Program-made: the position numbers and the translations under genes
Part shown: one piece after another, positions 60,745 through 64,000 of the stretch
Numbering within the stretch: position 1 is the stretch's first letter
How the letters are laid out: every line of letters begins with the position of its first letter
DNA from: Perna viridis
Taxonomy: Eukaryota
DNA length: 64,000 nucleotides
Direction of reading: 5' to 3'
Assembly: GCA_037379345.1 (NCBI GenBank)
Contig: CM074516.1
Coordinates: 27,900,001-27,964,000 of the forward strand
The notes under the pieces: model-generated
What the model was told of the DNA's origin: nothing
The model's input: the letters and a program-made list of their open reading frames with translations, nothing else
Database searches by the model: none

Positions 60745-61196
60745 AATGAATGGATGCCATACAAGCCGACTTTGAGTTTTGAGTAATTCCAATTAAAATA
60801 AAATTCTAAAATATTTTATTTGCACCATGGATATAATTGGGTCATTTAAGGATGTCCGTCCTTGATTTATAAGACTTGAATCTATTCGAAACTTTTCAGT
60901 CGGCCGTATTGGCTGCTTCAGTAATTAATTCTCAAAAACCATTTTAGTAAGAACTTATCGTAAATATATTGAAATTCGATACTTCTTATCCGTCAATCAA
61001 ATTGTAAGGACGACAATTAACCTACTGTTGGGGTGATTACTACTAAAGGGTGAACGTACTCCTGTCTTAAAATATTGACAATATCCTTGCAATGTTAAAA
61101 AGTCTTAATAATTCAAAAGCCATTGTCATCACGTTTGTCGTCAGGTTTCGATTTCAAATGTCCTGTGTCCTATATGTTTAGTTTAAGAACTAGGTA
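60745..61196 (+). repeat. ~450-bp segment duplicated at 62622-63075
   Basis: Near-identical direct copies (AATGAATGGATGCCATACAAGCC...GTTTAAGAACT). Confidence 0.9.
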
Positions 61197-61239
61197 TGAA
61201 CCACACGTACGTGTGTCAGGCTTTTCGTTTGAACACTTA

Positions 61240-61600
61240 TTGAATGAATAATCAAAGAAACCAAAATTTTAGCGGAAATCATAAAAAATGTAATCCAGGA
61301 ACAAAAACCATACATGGAAAACAAACACAACAAAGAACATAAAGTAACTAAAATAATACATTCAAAGTAACAAAGGTCCATGGGTATAGTAAGTATCCTC
61401 TGCTTTTCTAGAAACACCCGCCGAGCTGCTCATTAAAAGTCAAGTCCGGGATAGACGAAAGAGGAAAGGAAAACTATGTTGAACAAATAAGTTTTCATGG
61501 TGCAGATGAATACACCGTAACGTGTTAATGATGACGACAATAAAATCTCTGTGGTAATGCCTTCAATATTGTAGCAACATAACCCTGTTCCAGAAGCCCA
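61240..61600 (-). mobile_element. Penelope-like 3' fragment
   Basis: Same family as 6705-7110. Confidence 0.75.
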
Positions 61601-62412
61601 ATTGAAAGGAGGAATAAAATCCTTCGATCCGATGACAGCTGCTTTAAGGCATAACACCTTATTCAGATGATAATTCAGATGGCTATTTTATACTGTTGTC
61701 AATAATCGTTCTCCTGAAACTCACTAGTTAGATAAATTCTAAGTTATTTTTTTAAGAAATCAATTTCATAATGAAGTTGATACACTCATGAAAAAAATAA
61801 TCATTTTAGTTATTAAAAAAATTGAATATCAACATAATATGACATTTATATTTGCTTTTCTTTTCATTGCAAGTAAACATAAAGAACGCGGAGTATACAA
61901 AGAAGTCTGATGAGGTAGCAATGTCTTTGTAATAATTTGTATATAAAGTATTAACAACTGAAAAAAAAAGCTTCAATTGATTTGTATCCAAACTAAAAAT
62001 TGAACATAATATACTAAAATGGAGCTTCATTAACCAATTAACTATAGCTACTTAACTTAACTACAAAGTACATTTATTTATTCTTTCATTTCATATTAAG
62101 CCAGTCAATTAGTAAAAAAAATAAAAATTGCTTTAATTTCTACCCGAACGACAAGAAATGCAATTAATATAATTAAAATTCCCCTAAGAGATGGCACCAC
62201 AATACAATTTGAAGCAAATATATTCGTTATAAACATTAGTGACAAAGAAATTTATGTGTTCTTATATCAATATTTACACAATGAATCAAACCCCGTTCGA
62301 ACAGTTTTACGAACATGCACATCACCTTACGATAAGAAACTATTGATCGAACCATGTCCTTCTTTATATATGTAAAGTATCAAAATTACATTTGACTTGT
62401 TTAAATTCAAGA

Positions 62413-64000
62413 ATGGCGGAGAGCAGTTGCAGGACAGCTATGTGTCGATTGCACAAGCAGGAAAAATACAAGTAACAGTGTAACGTCTGTATTTGCATTC
62501 AGTGCTTGGAGGAGATTCATGATGATCAAACCTTCTGCAAAATTAAAAGTGCAGAAAAGGATATCAGAGAAGACCTTAAAGCATTCATTGAAAGTTTGGA
62601 TGAAAGTATTAAAAATACACCAATGAATGGATGCCATACAAGCCGACTTTGGTAGTTTTGAGTAATTCCAATTAAATAAAATTCTAAAATATTTTATTTG
62701 CACCATGGATATAATTGGGTCATTTAAGGATGTCCGTCCTTGATTTATAAGACTTGAATCTATTCGAAACTTTTTATTCGACCCTATTGGCTGATTCAGT
62801 AATTAATTCTCAAACACTATTTTAGTAAGAACTATCGTACAAATATTGAAATTAGATACTTCTTATCCGTCAATCAAATTATAAGGACGACCATTAACCT
62901 TCTGTTGGGATGATTACTACTAAATGGTGAACGTACCCCTATCTTAAAAATATTGACAATATCCCTGCAATGTTAAAAATTCTTAATAATTTAAAAGCCA
63001 TTGTCATCACGTTTGTCGTAAGGTTTCGATTTCAAATGTCCTGTGTCATATATGTTTAGTTTAAGAACTGGGTATTTTTGTAAACAGTGTAAAGTCTGTA
63101 TTTGCATTCAGTGCTTGGAGGAGATTCATCATGATTGCACCTTCTGCAAAATTAAAAATGCAGAAAAGGATATCAGAGATGACCATAATGCATTCATTGC
63201 AAGTTTGGATGAAAGTATTAAAAATACACGAAATCCAATTCAATTAATGAAGATCAAGATCACATTTACTCTGAGATGTTTTCAAGTATTTGTATTCAGC
63301 AAGAACGTTTTGAGAAATTACGCTTAAAAGTAGCCGTGAAAAATACGAATCTGAATGAAGTCGTCGAAAATCTAAACTTTCATCCAACACTCTTGAATAA
63401 ACTTTGTATGCACATTCGGTACATGATTGCGATGTTCTCATCGGTAGCATATTGATGGCAACCATGCATGGTATTATCAGCAAATTTGTAAGACAAGGAA
63501 AACTCGTGCCCTTTCCTGACGTAGGTGACAACGACAAGTGCTGTCCTGGTAGTCTTCATGCTCTTAATAATTTGGTCTATGTAAATGTTTGTAAAAACCA
63601 AAACCTTGAGTCTTGGGGTTTATTGCCAAATATAGGCTTTATCAGAATCGATGTTTACTTTGGCGAAGGAGTAAGAATCTCAACTACACCGTATATCAGT
63701 GACATATGAGTCAAATCAATTAAAATTGGTGAGTCAATACAATGGTACTTTTGGAGCGACCCATGTAAAACTTTTGATTGCACTGGAATTTGCGTCGATG
63801 ATGATAAGAACGTTTTAGTGGTAGACCAAAAATACCAATGTGTTTATACCCTAAACAGAGATCTGAAGTTCAAATCATTCGTTATTAAAAATACAGACTT
63901 TGATCTAGTAGAACCATAGCAGTTTCTAATGGCATTCTGTGGTTAGCTGATTTGGGAAAACTATATAAATTCAAATATGACAGCAAAATTAAAACATTGG
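62413..64000 (+). pseudogene. TRIM-like paralog 5, rearranged (duplicated B-box segment, insertion, deletions, frameshifts)
   Basis: MAESSCRTAMCRLH start; YFCKQCKVCICIQCLEEIHHD at 63073; CTGICVDDDKNVLVVDQKYQCVY and YKFKYDSK at the window end. Confidence 0.8.

Overview
AT-rich eukaryotic DNA; the repeat and gene content looks like a bivalve mollusc such as Mytilus (inference). Bases ~760-37723 (+) hold the 3' part of a multi-exon PARP4/vault-PARP gene. I reconstructed it by hand from GT-AG boundaries with consistent phases, from the VWA domain to the C-terminal MVP-interacting region and stop codon. The main surprise lies in the normally disordered linker after the VWA region. It carries a run of symmetric phase-1 exons encoding (i) an in-frame four-EF-hand calmodulin-like domain with calmodulin-type intron positions and (ii) three tandemly duplicated small exons that mimic the conserved C-terminal tail of ribosomal P-stalk proteins (best copy [17 protein letters not shown] vs KKEESEESDDDMGFGLFD). 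Both are known docking sites for host translation factors or bacterial/plant toxins, which suggests a PARP with integrated bait domains (hypothesis). From 44.7 kb to the end lies a tandem cluster of single-exon, RING-less B-box/coiled-coil/NHL-like (TRIM-like) genes: one intact, one with a single nonsense codon and three decayed. One decayed copy gave rise to a minisatellite from its own coding sequence, and another shows a template-switch-like rearrangement. The remainder is transposon debris (Penelope-like RT fragments, an RTE LINE, a pogo-like transposon, MITEs, SINEs) and satellites.
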